The notes under the pieces are model-generated. The model had not been told where the DNA came from, made no database searches, and worked only from the letters and a program-made list of their open reading frames with translations. From an uncultured Chloroflexia bacterium (GTDB lineage: Bacteria > Chloroflexota > Limnocylindria > Limnocylindrales > CSP1-4), in the NCBI GenBank assembly GCA_963833225.1, contig CAWHXD010000005.1:32001-96000 (forward strand): a DNA stretch of 64,000 nt, read 5' to 3'. Positions 1 to 10,829 of this stretch are shown piece after piece. The number at the start of each line of letters is the position of its first letter. Position 1 is the stretch's first letter. The position numbers and the translations under genes were made by a program.

Positions 1-1119
1 ATGGCCACCGGTACCAACGGCGGCGCCCAGGAGCATGTGTTCAACCTGGTCTCGAGGCTGGACCGCGAGTTCTATGACGTGTCGGTGGTGTCGCTCTCGT
101 CCGGGAGCGCGGTCCGCAAGCTCCAGCGAGCCGGCATCGACACCCTCGTCATCGACGACCCCGACGACGTCATTGCGACCGCCACGCTGGCCGCCTATCT
201 CACCGACGTCCGCGCCGACGTGGTCCACAACCACATGTACCGGGCTGAGATCGTGGGCACCAAGGCCGCGATCGCGCTGGGCGATGCGGGCCACCGGCGC
301 CCGTGGCTGATCTCGACCGTGCATTCCTCGCGGGTCCGCTCGGGCGAGGACCAGGAGCAGGTGCGCCGGCTGACGCCGCAGATGAACCAGCTGATCGCCG
401 TGTCGCGGGCGATTCAGGCCAAGATCGAGCACGAGGGCCGGACCGGCGCCCCCGTCAGCCTGATCTACAACGGCGTCGATCTCGAGCGGTACGACCACCA
501 GGAGCCGTGCTGCACCCTGCGCGACGAGTTCGCCATGGAGCCGAACGCCGCGATCGTGGGCGTGGTGGGCCGTCTCGAGATGGAGAAGGGCCACCCGACG
601 CTGCTCGAGGCCTGGCCGCTGGTGCTGGAGCGGGTGCCCAACGCGTACCTGATCATCGTGGGCGAGGGCAGCCGGCTGGACGCGCTCCACCAGATCGCGA
701 TCGACCAGGGGATCGAGCGCCACGTGATCTTCACCGGCCGCCGCGACGACATCCCGGCGATCACCGCCGCCTTCGATGTCGCCGTCCTGCCCTCCTACCG
801 CGAGGCGCAGGGCCTCACCATCCTCGAGGCCATGGCGCTGGCACGCCCGGTCGTCGCGTCCAACGTGGGCGGCATCCCGGAGATGATCCAGCACGGCGTG
901 AACGGGATGCTGGTGCCGCCCCAGGATCCACCGGCCCTCGCCGGCGCGATCGCGCTCCTGCTCACGGACCACCCGCTCGCGGACATGCTCGGGCGGGCCG
1001 GCCACGACACGGTCCACGACCGCTTCTGCATCCAGCTGATGGTCAACGCGGTCCAGGAGCTCTACGACGAGGGCGCCCGCCTGGTGCGGCCCCGCGAGGT
1101 GGCGATCAGCGCGAGCTGA
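1..1119 (+). CDS. Glycosyltransferase family 4 (GT-B); N-terminus may extend beyond the window
   Basis: GGAQEHV N-terminal motif, IYNGVD, VGRLEMEKG, EAQGLTILEAMA (EX7E), SNVGGIPE. Confidence 0.9.
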   Translation: MATGTNGGAQEHVFNLVSRLDREFYDVSVVSLSSGSAVRKLQRAGIDTLVIDDPDDVIATATLAAYLTDVRADVVHNHMYRAEIVGTKAAIALGDAGHRRPWLISTVHSSRVRSGEDQEQVRRLTPQMNQLIAVSRAIQAKIEHEGRTGAPVSLIYNGVDLERYDHQEPCCTLRDEFAMEPNAAIVGVVGRLEMEKGHPTLLEAWPLVLERVPNAYLIIVGEGSRLDALHQIAIDQGIERHVIFTGRRDDIPAITAAFDVAVLPSYREAQGLTILEAMALARPVVASNVGGIPEMIQHGVNGMLVPPQDPPALAGAIALLLTDHPLADMLGRAGHDTVHDRFCIQLMVNAVQELYDEGARLVRPREVAISAS

Positions 1120-1176
1120 GCGATCTGGTACCACTGGAGGACGGTCGCACGTCCCACGCCGGGCTACCATCGCTCG

Positions 1177-2014
1177 ATGGAGCACGAGGGCGCCCCGCGA
1201 CCGGCCATGGCTGGGAACCTGATCCAGCGAGTGGCTGCCGTAGTCGATTGGCGTTGGCTGCCGTTGCTCCTGGGCCTCGGTTGGCTGGTTGTCATCCTGG
1301 TGACCCGGCCGATGCCGCTGTACGACGCCAAGGCGTACTGGATCGTCGGACGGGTCAGACCCGTATGCAGTCTCGGGCGAGGGCGAGACGCTCGCGTACC
1401 TCTATTCGCCGGCGTTCCTCCAGTTGATCTGGCCCCTGCGGCCTGCTTCCGTACGAAGTGGTTTGGCGTCGCGTGGGTCCTGATCACTGCCGGCACGCTC
1501 GTGGCGATCACGCGCCACTGGCTGCCGATCGCCCTGCTCCTGCCCATGACCATGATCGAGCTCGAGGTGGGCAACATCCACTTCCTGCTCGCCGCGGCGG
1601 TCTATCTCGGCTTTCGGTACCCGGCTGCGTGGGCGTTCGTCCTGCTCACGAAGGTCACGCCTGGGATCGGCCTCATCTGGTTCGCCGTTCGGCGGGAATG
1701 GCGCTCGCTGGGGTCGCGGTCGGCGCAACCGCGCTGGTGGTCGCCGTCTCCTTCGTCCTCGTCCCCGGGCACTGGGTCGAGTGGATCGAGAGCCTTGCCG
1801 GCAACGCAGGCAGCAGTGGCCGTACCCACTGTTTCCCGTTCCACTCTGGATACGGCTGATCGGGGCTGGCATCCTCATCGCCTGGGGGGCGCGGACGGAT
1901 CGCCGGTGGACCATGATCGTTGGCGCCACGCTTGCCCTCCCCACCCTGTGGCTCGCGAACATGGCGATGATCGTCGGGTTGCCGCTGTTCGTGGACCGCA
2001 TGAAGTCTCGCTAG
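1177..2014 (+). CDS. GT87/DUF2029-like polytopic membrane glycosyltransferase, frameshifted
   Basis: DAKAYW, GNIHFLL, TKVTPGIGLIWFAVRREWR motifs; hydrophobic C-terminus continues in the 1781..2014 frame; TACCAT -10 box 6 nt before the ATG. Confidence 0.6.
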
Positions 2015-2031
2015 TCGGGGGCGGCTGAGCC

Positions 2032-3450
2032 TTGACGCTGGATCGTCTCTGGACCTGGATCGCGATCGCCCTGCCGGCGCTGGTCGCCCTGGTGGTCCCG
2101 CTGCCCGCCGTGGATCTCGCCTACCAGGTCCGGGCCGGCAACGAGATCCTCGCGTCCGGTGCCCTGCCCGCCGTGGACACCTGGACGTTCACGATTGCCG
2201 GGACGCCATGGGTGGACCAGCAGTGGCTGGCGCAGGTCTGGCTGGCGGTCGGCCATGCCCTCGGCGGATGGGAGCTGCTCGCGGTGCTGCGAGCGGTCCT
2301 GGTGGCCGCCACAACCGGCCTGCTGATCGCGACCGCCCGGGAGCGCGGGGCGAGCCCGCGCACGTCCGCGATCCTCGCGATGGCGGCCTTCGCCCTCGCC
2401 GCGCCGGCGCTGGCCCTGCGGCCCCAGCTGTTCGGGATCGTGCTGTTCGCGCGCGCTGCTGTGGCTCGTGGCGGGTCGTGAGCGGCGTCCGCGGCTGTAC
2501 CTCCTCGCACCGGTCGTGGTGGCGCTGTGGGCCAATGTCCACGGCAGCTTCGTCCTTGGGCCGGCGCTGCTCGGCTATGCCTGGCTGAGCGACGTTGCTG
2601 CCGGACGACCGTCGCGGGTGTCGCTTGCCGTGCTGGTGGCGGGGACGCTCGCGACGCTGGTCAATCCGTTCCTGGCCGGGGCTTGGGCGTATGCCGTGGG
2701 GATCGGCGCGAACCCGGTGATCGCCGGACAGGTGAGCGAGTGGCAGCGCACGTCTCCGCTGACGATGCCCGGCCTGCTGTTCTACCCGGCGGCGGCCGCG
2801 ACCATCGTGCTGGGTCTCCTCCGGCGATCCTCCATGACGTGGCCCGACTGGGCGCTGCTGCTCGCGATGGCGTTCATCGGCGCGTGGGCGGTGCGGGGCG
2901 TCGCCTGGTGGGCGCCCGTGATGGTGCTCCTGCTGGGACGGATCCTCGCCGGCCGTGCGGCGCCCGCAATGACAACGGAACGCGACGCGGATCCGGGCGC
3001 CAGACGCGTCCGGGGATCGGCCTTCGTCAACGGCACGATGGCCGGCGTGCTCGGTCTCGCGCTCCTGGTCGCGCTGCCGTGGTGGCGGCCGACCGATCCC
3101 CTGGCGGGGCGGGCGGGCCTGCTGACCTATGCCCCAAGCGGCCTCGCGGCGAAGGTCGCGGAGCTCGCGGCCCCGGGACGCGCGTGGTGGTGCCGCAGAC
3201 GTGGGGCTCGTGGTTCGAATGGGCCGCCCCCGACGCTCGCTACTTCATCGACTCGCGGTTCGAGCTCTTCCCGACCGATGTCTGGGCGGACAACGCCAGG
3301 CTGGCTGCCGGCGCGGACGACGCCACCGAGGTGCTGGATCGCCGCGACGTCGGCATCGTGGTGGTTCCGGCAGGGGATCCCCTGCCCACTGGCCCCTGGA
3401 CGGTGGCGTGGCGTGACCCTGACGGCACCATCCTGGTGCGAGCCCAGTGA
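2032..3450 (+). CDS. Conserved polytopic membrane protein (GT-C-like), split over three frames
   Basis: WVDQQWL, ALRPQ, LWANVHGSF, TLVNP, SEW, FIDSRFELFP motifs spread over ORFs 2032/2468/2527; shifts near 2455 and 3175. Confidence 0.6.
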
Positions 3451-3579
3451 CGGGTGGTCCGCCGCTGGTACCTTCGGGCGGTCGGCCGCCGGGGCTCGGC
3501 TTGGTATGGTCGCGGCCCATGGAGAGACGCGCCGCATGACTGATGTTGCCGCCCCGCTCGGCTCTGGGACGCCGTCGCG

Positions 3580-4608
3580 ATGACCGGCGGCATCGATGCT
3601 GCGATCCGGCCCGACGAGGTGAGCCCGCGCGACCGGGCGGCCGAAGGCCGGTACCGCCCCGATCTGGATGGGCTCCGGGCGATTGCTGTCGGGCTGGTGA
3701 TCATCGGCCACACGCAGTGGCCGTGGCGACAGAACGGTGCCGACGCCGGCGTGACCGCGTTCTTCGTCCTGTCTGGCTACCTGATCACCGGGATCCTGGT
3801 CCGCGAGCGGCAGCGCACAGGATCCATCAGACTCCGCAACTTCTATCGCCGGCGGTTCGTCCGCCTCGCCCCCGCGCTCCTGGGCCTCCTGGTGTTCGCG
3901 CTGGTGCTCGGGCTCGCCGGGGACCTCTCCGGTCAATGGCAGCTTGGGCTCGTCTCGTGCCTGCTCTACGTGTCGAACTGGGTGCAGGCTGCCGGGATCG
4001 CCATCCATCCGATAGGCCATACCTGGTCGCTTGCGATCGAGGAGCAGTTCTACCTCCTGTGGCCGCTCGTCCTCCTGGTTGCCTGGCGCCGCGCGTTGCC
4101 GCTCGCCGGCGCCGCGATCGCCATTGCGGTCCTCCTCCGTCTCGGCAGCGCCGGCTACTTCGAGTACTTCTCCACCATCACGCGCATGGATGCGCTCGCG
4201 GTCGGATGCGTTGTCGGACTCCTGCAGCCCAGGTGGCCGTCATGGGTCGCCCTGGCGGGCGTGATCACGCTGATCACCGCGGCCATGCTGTTGAGCGCCG
4301 ACAATCACGATCTCGCGATCCCGATCTCCATCGTGGCCACGACGGCTGTCATCGGTGGCGAGCTCCGCCCGCTCGGGCGCCTCGCCCCAGTCGGCTTGCG
4401 CGCCTACAGCCTGTACCTGTGGAACACCCCAATGAACCTGTTGTTCGGGCCGCTCTCGATCGTCACGCCGGTGCTGACCTTCGCTCTGGGCGAGGTGTCG
4501 TTCCGGCTGTTTGAGGTGCCGGTGCTCCGTCGAGGCGGTGCCCGGCGAGCTCCCCGGATCGCCGGCGACCGGCTGGCGACAGGCACGGCACCGGCTGATG
4601 CCCAATGA
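3580..4608 (+). CDS. Acyltransferase-3 (OafA/OatA-type) membrane O-acyltransferase, copy 1
   Basis: YRPDLDGLRAIAV, FFVLSGYLIT, FYRRRFVRLAP, HTWSLAIEEQFY, AYSLYLW. Confidence 0.9.
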   Translation: MTGGIDAAIRPDEVSPRDRAAEGRYRPDLDGLRAIAVGLVIIGHTQWPWRQNGADAGVTAFFVLSGYLITGILVRERQRTGSIRLRNFYRRRFVRLAPALLGLLVFALVLGLAGDLSGQWQLGLVSCLLYVSNWVQAAGIAIHPIGHTWSLAIEEQFYLLWPLVLLVAWRRALPLAGAAIAIAVLLRLGSAGYFEYFSTITRMDALAVGCVVGLLQPRWPSWVALAGVITLITAAMLLSADNHDLAIPISIVATTAVIGGELRPLGRLAPVGLRAYSLYLWNTPMNLLFGPLSIVTPVLTFALGEVSFRLFEVPVLRRGGARRAPRIAGDRLATGTAPADAQ

Positions 4609-5324
4609 GGCTCCTCTCGCTCGTCCTCGTGGCCGCGACCGCGCTTATTGCCGCCGGCTGCCTGTCCACGGGAAAAGCGCCACCAACGCCGCTTCCTCCC
4701 CAGCCAGCGTGTGGAATCTCGAACGAACCGGAGAGCCTGTGCATCGTCATCCTGGGTGACAGCACGGCTGAGGGCGTGCCGCTGGAAGGCGCCGACCGCT
4801 GGTGGGTGCAGTTGGGGGACCGCCTCCGGGACGCGCTGCCGGGCCGGCCCGTCGAGATCGACTCCTGGGCCGTGCCGGCAAGTCGGATCGACGTCCTCGA
4901 GTCCGCTGCGGTGGATCAGCCCGAGCTGGCGTCCTTCGATATCGCGATCGTGCTGGAGGGGGTGAACGACATCGGGCACACGCCCCTCGATGAGTGGAGC
5001 GCACGGTACAAGGCAGTCGTCGAGCAGCTCGAGAGCAAGGGCGCGACCGTCGTGGTCACCACCCCACTTCCCCACTTCGAGAATGGGGCGTACACGGCGC
5101 GGCACGACGCGCTCGACGATGCGGTCCGAAGCCTGGGTGGCCCGCACAGACCCGTCCTCGAGATCGCCCGGCCCTGGCTCGCCGATGGGCCCGGCGTCGG
5201 CGCCACCTACTACGTGGACACCCTCCACGTCGGGGCAGCCGGGCAGCGGCGCATGGCCGACCTGGCGCTGGACGTGATCCTGAGGGTGGTTGAGCAGTCG
5301 GCTGCAGGGATGAGGCCGCTGTGA
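4605..5324 (+). CDS. SGNH/GDSL hydrolase-fold lipoprotein, copy 1
   Basis: Lipobox AAGC; LGDS, EGVND and DTLH blocks; ATGA overlap with the upstream acyltransferase. Confidence 0.85.
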   Translation: MRLLSLVLVAATALIAAGCLSTGKAPPTPLPPQPACGISNEPESLCIVILGDSTAEGVPLEGADRWWVQLGDRLRDALPGRPVEIDSWAVPASRIDVLESAAVDQPELASFDIAIVLEGVNDIGHTPLDEWSARYKAVVEQLESKGATVVVTTPLPHFENGAYTARHDALDDAVRSLGGPHRPVLEIARPWLADGPGVGATYYVDTLHVGAAGQRRMADLALDVILRVVEQSAAGMRPL

Positions 5325-6328
5325 TCCGGCCCTCGCTGCCCGGTGCCAGGGGCGGGATCGGCTACCGCCCCGACCTCGATGGGCTCCGGGCGATCGCCGT
5401 GGGCCTGGTGATGCTGATGCATGCCCAATGGCCGTGGGAGAACAGCGGTGCGGACGCCGGGGTGACTGCGTTCTTCGTGCTCTCCGGCTTCCTGATCACC
5501 AGCATCCTCCTTCGCGAACGAGACCGCGATGGGCGGATCGACATCGTTCGCTTCTACCGGCGTCGCGTTGTCCGACTGGCGCCCGCATTGCTGGGGCTGC
5601 TGGCATTCACGCTGATCCTCGGCGTCCTCGCGGACCCGCCAACCAACTGGAGACTGGGGATCGTGTCCTGCCTCGCCTACCTGTCCAACTGGGTCCAGGT
5701 GGCCGGCATCAGCATCAATCCGCTTGGCCATACATGGTCCCTCGCCATCGAAGAGCAGTTCTACCTTGTCTGGCCGCTGATCCTGATCGTCGCTCGCGGT
5801 CGGGTCCTGCGACTCGCCGTGGCGGCGATCCTGGTCGCATCGGCGGTCCGTCTCGTGACGTCCGGGACGTTCGAGTACTTCTCCACCATCACGCGGGCCG
5901 ACGCGATCTTGCTTGGGTGCGTGGTCGCGATCGTGCAGCCGCGCTGGCCTGCCTGGGTTGGAGCAGCCGGCGTTGCCGCACTGGTTGGGGCGGCGCTGGC
6001 GCTCCCACCCTCCAGCCACGACATCGCCATTCCCCTTGCGATGGCGGCGACAGTTGCGGTGATCGGTGGAGCGCTGGAGCCGCTGGGTCGGCTGGCTCCG
6101 ATCGGCCTTCGGGCGTACAGCCTGTACCTGTGGAACTGGCCGATGACCATCCTGTTCGGCCCCATGGGGCTGGCGGCTCCTGCCGCGACGGTGATCGCGG
6201 GCGAGATCTCCTTCCGACTTCTTGAGGTTCCCGTGTTGCGGCGTGGACCGGCCAGGCGGGCCACCCCGGCCCCGCCCCCGGTCGCGGTTCGAGCCTCCGT
6301 CACGGTGGACACGGAATCCGGGAGGTGA
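5321..6328 (+). CDS. Acyltransferase-3 membrane O-acyltransferase, copy 2
   Basis: Same motifs as 3580..4608; clear paralog. Confidence 0.9.
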   Translation: MIRPSLPGARGGIGYRPDLDGLRAIAVGLVMLMHAQWPWENSGADAGVTAFFVLSGFLITSILLRERDRDGRIDIVRFYRRRVVRLAPALLGLLAFTLILGVLADPPTNWRLGIVSCLAYLSNWVQVAGISINPLGHTWSLAIEEQFYLVWPLILIVARGRVLRLAVAAILVASAVRLVTSGTFEYFSTITRADAILLGCVVAIVQPRWPAWVGAAGVAALVGAALALPPSSHDIAIPLAMAATVAVIGGALEPLGRLAPIGLRAYSLYLWNWPMTILFGPMGLAAPAATVIAGEISFRLLEVPVLRRGPARRATPAPPPVAVRASVTVDTESGR

Positions 6329-7026
6329 TTGCCCGGGGAGTGCGGGCGACCGCGCTGTGCCTTCTCCTCGCCGCCTGCATGCCCCCTGGCGCCGACGCAC
6401 CGCCGACGCCCCTCCCGCCCCAGCCTGTCTGTCGGGCAGCGGGCGAGCCCAGCGCCCTGTGCGTCATCGTCCTGGGTGACAGCATCGGCGCAGGCGAGCC
6501 CCTCGAGGGCGAGGCTCGGTGGTGGGTCCTGCTCGAGCGGCTGCTCGCGGCCGCGCTGCCGGATCGAGACGTCGCGGTGGACAGTTGGGCAGTGTCCGGC
6601 AGTCGGGTGGACGTTCTCGAGGCGGCGGTGCGCGACCAGCAGGCGCTCGACAGCTACGATGTCGCCATCATCATCGAGGGGGTGAACGACACCTTCTTCA
6701 CCCCGCTCGACGAGTGGGCGGCTCGCTATACCGCGGCGCTTGAAGCCCTTGAGCACCGGGGGATCCGGGTGATCCCGACAACGCCACCCCCGAGCCTCGA
6801 GGACGGCCAGTTCAAGACGCGCTACGACGGGGTGGCCGAGCAAGTGCGACAGATGGTGACACCGGCCCGCCCGATCCTCGATATTGCTGCCCGATGGCAT
6901 GCCGACGGGGCGGAACACGCCGCCGGCTACTACGCGGACCTCATCCACCAGGGACCCGAGGGTCAACGCATCATGGCGGAAATGGCGCAAGAGATGGTGC
7001 TCCAGGTGCTCGGACCGGACGGGTAG
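6325..7026 (+). CDS. SGNH/GDSL hydrolase-fold lipoprotein, copy 2
   Basis: Lipobox LAAC; LGDS, EGVND, DLIH; paralog of 4605..5324. Confidence 0.85.
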   Translation: MIARGVRATALCLLLAACMPPGADAPPTPLPPQPVCRAAGEPSALCVIVLGDSIGAGEPLEGEARWWVLLERLLAAALPDRDVAVDSWAVSGSRVDVLEAAVRDQQALDSYDVAIIIEGVNDTFFTPLDEWAARYTAALEALEHRGIRVIPTTPPPSLEDGQFKTRYDGVAEQVRQMVTPARPILDIAARWHADGAEHAAGYYADLIHQGPEGQRIMAEMAQEMVLQVLGPDG

Positions 7027-7066
7027 CCGCGCCTTGCCGGCTTGAGCGCGGGCCTGGATGTGCCGG

Positions 7067-8341
7067 TCAGCGCGTCGTCGGCCACAGGCTGTGGAGCGGC
7101 TGCCCCACGTCGTCATACCGGACGTGCCGCTCCGCGAGGCCCGTCCACAGCAGCGCCACCACCGTCACCAGCGCGATCACCGCGGACCCCAGGAGGCTGA
7201 TCTCTCGTCCTTCGGGCAGGGTCAGCTCGGGGGCAGGGGCGGCGTAGGCGAGGTTCGCGAGGAACGCCACCGAGAACGCGCCGAACGCCACCACCAGCAC
7301 GCGCCCGTTGGCCGCCATCAGCAGGAACACGAACGCCGGGTAGGCGGCCAGCGCCGGCATCGCCGTGAGGAAGGTGAACGCGACCAGGGTGATCGCCGCC
7401 AGGCCCAGCGCCAGGCCCTGCGGGCTGGGCCGCCGGTAGACGGCCGCGAACACCAGGAGCCCAAGCAGCCCCGCCACCCCGAACCCGACCTGCCGGAAGG
7501 TGAGCGGCCCAAGGACGGCCGTGGAGTCCGCCACGAAGTCCCCGCCCGCGCCAAGCACCTGGACGATCCACCAGGGATTCCACGCCCGCAGCGAGAGCAC
7601 GCTGAGCACGCCGTCCTGGGACTCGCGCAGGTTGGCCAGGTAGTTGAGCGGCCCGTTGGCCGCGATGAACGGAGCCCAGGCCAGGACGCTCACCACGATC
7701 GCGACCAGCGCGCCCTTGAGCGCCCCCCGAACGCCCTGGGTCGAGAGGAACCAGGCGGCGAACGGGACGATGAACGGCAGCGCCTGGGGCTTGGTCATCA
7801 GCGATACCGCCAGGAGGGCAGCCACCAGCGATGGCCGGTTGGCGCGCGCCGCGAGCACCGCCAGCACCGCCGGCAGCACGTAGATCGGCTCGTACTGGCC
7901 CCACCACGCGGACACGTACCAGGTGACCGGCCACAGCAGCACGGCGCCCATGGCCACGACGGCCGCCCAGGCCTTGTCGCGGAACCACCAGCCCATCGCC
8001 ATCGCCAGGCCCAGGTCGGCGATGCTGGCCGGGATCTTCATCAGGGCCGCGATCGCCGGATCGGAGGCGTCGGTGACGGTCCGGAACGCGGGCGCCACCC
8101 ACGCCAGCGCGCCCCACACCCAGGCCATGACGGCCGGGAACGAGAGGTCCTGGTCGTAGGCGTGGTCCAGGCCGCCAACGGCGATGCCGTGGACCCAGAG
8201 CACGAACTGGTCGATGTCCCCGGCCGGCCCGCGCGACGGCCACAGCCACAGCCGGACGGCGATCCCGGCGGCGAACAGCAGCGGCACCGCGATGGCGAGC
8301 AGCAGCGCCGGGATCGGGGAGGACCGCCGGCCGACGATCAC
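7067..8341 (-). CDS. GT-C fold membrane glycosyltransferase (PIG-M/GT87-like)
   Basis: About 11 TM segments; GDIDQF, KIPASIAD, SAWWGQYE, KPQA, AWNPW motifs. Confidence 0.65.
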   Translation of the reverse strand: MIVGRRSSPIPALLLAIAVPLLFAAGIAVRLWLWPSRGPAGDIDQFVLWVHGIAVGGLDHAYDQDLSFPAVMAWVWGALAWVAPAFRTVTDASDPAIAALMKIPASIADLGLAMAMGWWFRDKAWAAVVAMGAVLLWPVTWYVSAWWGQYEPIYVLPAVLAVLAARANRPSLVAALLAVSLMTKPQALPFIVPFAAWFLSTQGVRGALKGALVAIVVSVLAWAPFIAANGPLNYLANLRESQDGVLSVLSLRAWNPWWIVQVLGAGGDFVADSTAVLGPLTFRQVGFGVAGLLGLLVFAAVYRRPSPQGLALGLAAITLVAFTFLTAMPALAAYPAFVFLLMAANGRVLVVAFGAFSVAFLANLAYAAPAPELTLPEGREISLLGSAVIALVTVVALLWTGLAERHVRYDDVGQPLHSLWPTTR

Positions 8342-8390
8342 GAGTCCACCGCCCGCGACGGGATCCCGTGCGCCGAGGCGGTCATCGCGG

Positions 8391-9467
8391 TCAGGCCGGC
8401 GTCGTGACCCAGTAGCGCTCGGCGAGGCCGCCGGGCACCCGGCCGATGTCGGCGGTCCGGGCCGCGTAACCGCGGACGGCGTCGGCCATGGCCTTCGTGC
8501 TGTCGAACAGCCGGTCGATCTGGCTCTCGTACAGCGCGATCGCGCGGATCTTGCGCTCCACCTGGTCGCTGATGTCGGCGAACTCGGCGGCCAGCGAGAT
8601 GCCGGCCGGGAGCGCGTCGAACGAGCCCGGGGGCATGTCCTCGAGCCGGCCGAAGTCCTCCCACCACGCGTAGGGGAAATCCTCGTACAGCACGACGGAG
8701 CCGGTGTAGTCCGGGCCGGGCATCACCCAGCGGCGGGCGTCGCCGAGGAGCGCAAGCCCCGCGTCCCGGGTGAGCTGGTGATCGACGTGGCCGCCGATGC
8801 CCATCGGGAGGTAGACCCGCTGCGGCTCCAGGCGCGCGATCTCGTGGCGCAGCAGGTCCACGGGCGCGCGATCGTCCGCGCGCGGCGTGCCCAGGAGCTG
8901 GTCGTCACCCTCGTAGCCGCGGAAGACGGCATCGGGCAGGTCCATCCAGACCATCGACACCTCGGCGAACGCCGCGAAGCGCTCGTCCTCGAGGCGCCGG
9001 GTGGCCATCGTCTCACCGGCGGCCGCGGCGTCGGTTCGCTCCGTCGTGAGGACGGCACCCTGGGTGCTGACGTCGTCGATCACGGCCTGCCCGGCGAGCG
9101 ACTCGTTGTGGATATGCGCGCGGCGGTACCACGACGAGCGCTGCCAGAAGCGCTTGGCGGCGGCGTCCGCATCGCCCTGGGTGGCGTCCAGCCCTTCCTT
9201 GGTGGCCTGCCACGGCGCGGCCGACGAGTCCTCCGGGAAGTCCGCCTGGAGGTGGGCGCGGTTGAAGGCCTCGGTGACCGGCCAGATCGCCTTGGACCCG
9301 AAGCCAAGCGCCTCGCGCTGGTACGGGGTGAGGCGGTCGACACCCCCGGTGCCCGAGTACAGCGTGAGCACCGTCACGTTCTGGCCGAGCTCGCGCAGGC
9401 TGGCGATGAGGCCGCCGCACGACAGCGCGACGTCGTCCGGGTGGGGGGCAACGAAGACATGGGTCAT
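8391..9467 (-). CDS. PIG-L/LmbE family deacetylase
   Basis: APHPDDVALSCGG, RRLED, GGHVDH, YEDFPY, YESQ. Confidence 0.85.
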   Translation of the reverse strand: MTHVFVAPHPDDVALSCGGLIASLRELGQNVTVLTLYSGTGGVDRLTPYQREALGFGSKAIWPVTEAFNRAHLQADFPEDSSAAPWQATKEGLDATQGDADAAAKRFWQRSSWYRRAHIHNESLAGQAVIDDVSTQGAVLTTERTDAAAAGETMATRRLEDERFAAFAEVSMVWMDLPDAVFRGYEGDDQLLGTPRADDRAPVDLLRHEIARLEPQRVYLPMGIGGHVDHQLTRDAGLALLGDARRWVMPGPDYTGSVVLYEDFPYAWWEDFGRLEDMPPGSFDALPAGISLAAEFADISDQVERKIRAIALYESQIDRLFDSTKAMADAVRGYAARTADIGRVPGGLAERYWVTTPA

Positions 9468-9555
9468 GGCCAGCGGAGTATAGCCAACGGGAGTGGCCGG
9501 TTCGGCACCAGGTCGATCGCCGCTGGACGCGCGACGGCCGCCGGGCCCCTGCCGC

Positions 9556-10215
9556 CTACTCGTGCCAGCCGGCGTCGCCCACGAGCGGCACGAACACGCA
9601 CGCGCCGTCGGATCGCTCCGTCCACTCGTTCCCGTGGCGCTCCACGACCAGCAGCTGCTGCTCGCGGCGGGTGCCCACGGGGATCACCAGCCGGCGCCCA
9701 TCGCCCAGCTGGAGCCGGAGCGGCTCGGGGACGACCGGCGCCGCCGCCCCGACCAGGATCCCGTCCCACGGTGCGGTCTCCGGACGGCCCAGGGTCCCAT
9801 CACCCACCTCCACGGTCACCCGGTCGGCGTAGCCCAGGTCACGCAGCCGCTTCGCTGCCTCGTGCGCCAACGCGGGATCGCGTTCGATGGAGGTCACGTG
9901 GCACCCCAGCTCGGCGAGCACGGCGGCCTGGTACCCGGAGCCCGTCCCGACGTCCAGCACCCGCTCCCCTGGGCCCACTGCCAGCAGCTCCGTCATGCGG
10001 GCGACGATGTACGGCTGGCTGATCGTCTGGCCCGAGCCGATCGGCAGCGGGTGGTCGTTGTACGCCTGGTCCCCGAGGCGCTTGCCGACAAAGGCCTCGC
10101 GCGGCACGGCACCCATGGCGGCAAGCACGCGTGGATCCCGGATATCCCGGCCCCGAAGCTGGTCGGCGACCATCCTCTCCCGGGCGACGCGTCTGCGGGC
10201 CCGAGTGTCGTCCAT
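9556..10215 (-). CDS. pcm: Protein-L-isoaspartate O-methyltransferase
   Basis: VPREAFV, GQTISQPYIVA, VLDVGTGSGYQAA, FVPLV. Confidence 0.95.
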   Translation of the reverse strand: MDDTRARRRVARERMVADQLRGRDIRDPRVLAAMGAVPREAFVGKRLGDQAYNDHPLPIGSGQTISQPYIVARMTELLAVGPGERVLDVGTGSGYQAAVLAELGCHVTSIERDPALAHEAAKRLRDLGYADRVTVEVGDGTLGRPETAPWDGILVGAAAPVVPEPLRLQLGDGRRLVIPVGTRREQQLLVVERHGNEWTERSDGACVFVPLVGDAGWHE

Positions 10216-10226
10216 GTCCGGTGGCG

Positions 10227-10829
10227 TCAGCTCGCCGTGGGGCTGTCCGAGGGGCTCACGGGGCTCGCCGAGGAGCCCGGCGACTCCGGTGCGACCGACG
10301 GGGCCACCGAAGGTGCGACCGAGGGCGCCGTGGACGGTGCGACCGACGGCGCCACCGACGGGATGGCCGTCTCGATCGGGGTCGCGATCGGCTTTGGCGT
10401 GGCGAAGATGTCGCTCATGGGCCCGTTCCGGCCAAGGAGCAGCCCCCAGGCCAGGATCACCACGAACACCCCGACGGTGACGATCACGAAGTAGCTCGAG
10501 ACGCGGTCCTGGATGTGGACGGCATCATCGGCGGCCGTCGGCGCGGGCGCGGCCTTGGGGGCGCTTCCCTTCGTCCTGGGGTGGCCGGCACCGGCCCGGG
10601 CAGACGCACCGGCCGCGATCTCCGGCCCCGCATCCGCGGCGTCCTCGTCGTCGAGCTCCACCTCATCGTCCGTGGTGGGCTCCCCGTCATCGTCGCCGTC
10701 GTCGGTCGTATCCGCGGCGTCGGCGGTCTCGATGTCGTCGGCCCCGGGGCCCGTGGCGTCGGCCTCGGGCTCGGGATCCGTCGCGCCCTCGGGGCCCTCG
10801 GCCTCCGGGTCGCGTTCCTCGTCGGTCAT
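10227..10829 (-). CDS. Hypothetical single-TM protein with acidic N-terminus and S/P/T-rich tail
   Basis: AAGGAG RBS; D/E-rich N-terminal half, one TM helix, SVAP repeats. Confidence 0.7.
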   Translation of the reverse strand: MTDEERDPEAEGPEGATDPEPEADATGPGADDIETADAADTTDDGDDDGEPTTDDEVELDDEDAADAGPEIAAGASARAGAGHPRTKGSAPKAAPAPTAADDAVHIQDRVSSYFVIVTVGVFVVILAWGLLLGRNGPMSDIFATPKPIATPIETAIPSVAPSVAPSTAPSVAPSVAPSVAPESPGSSASPVSPSDSPTAS

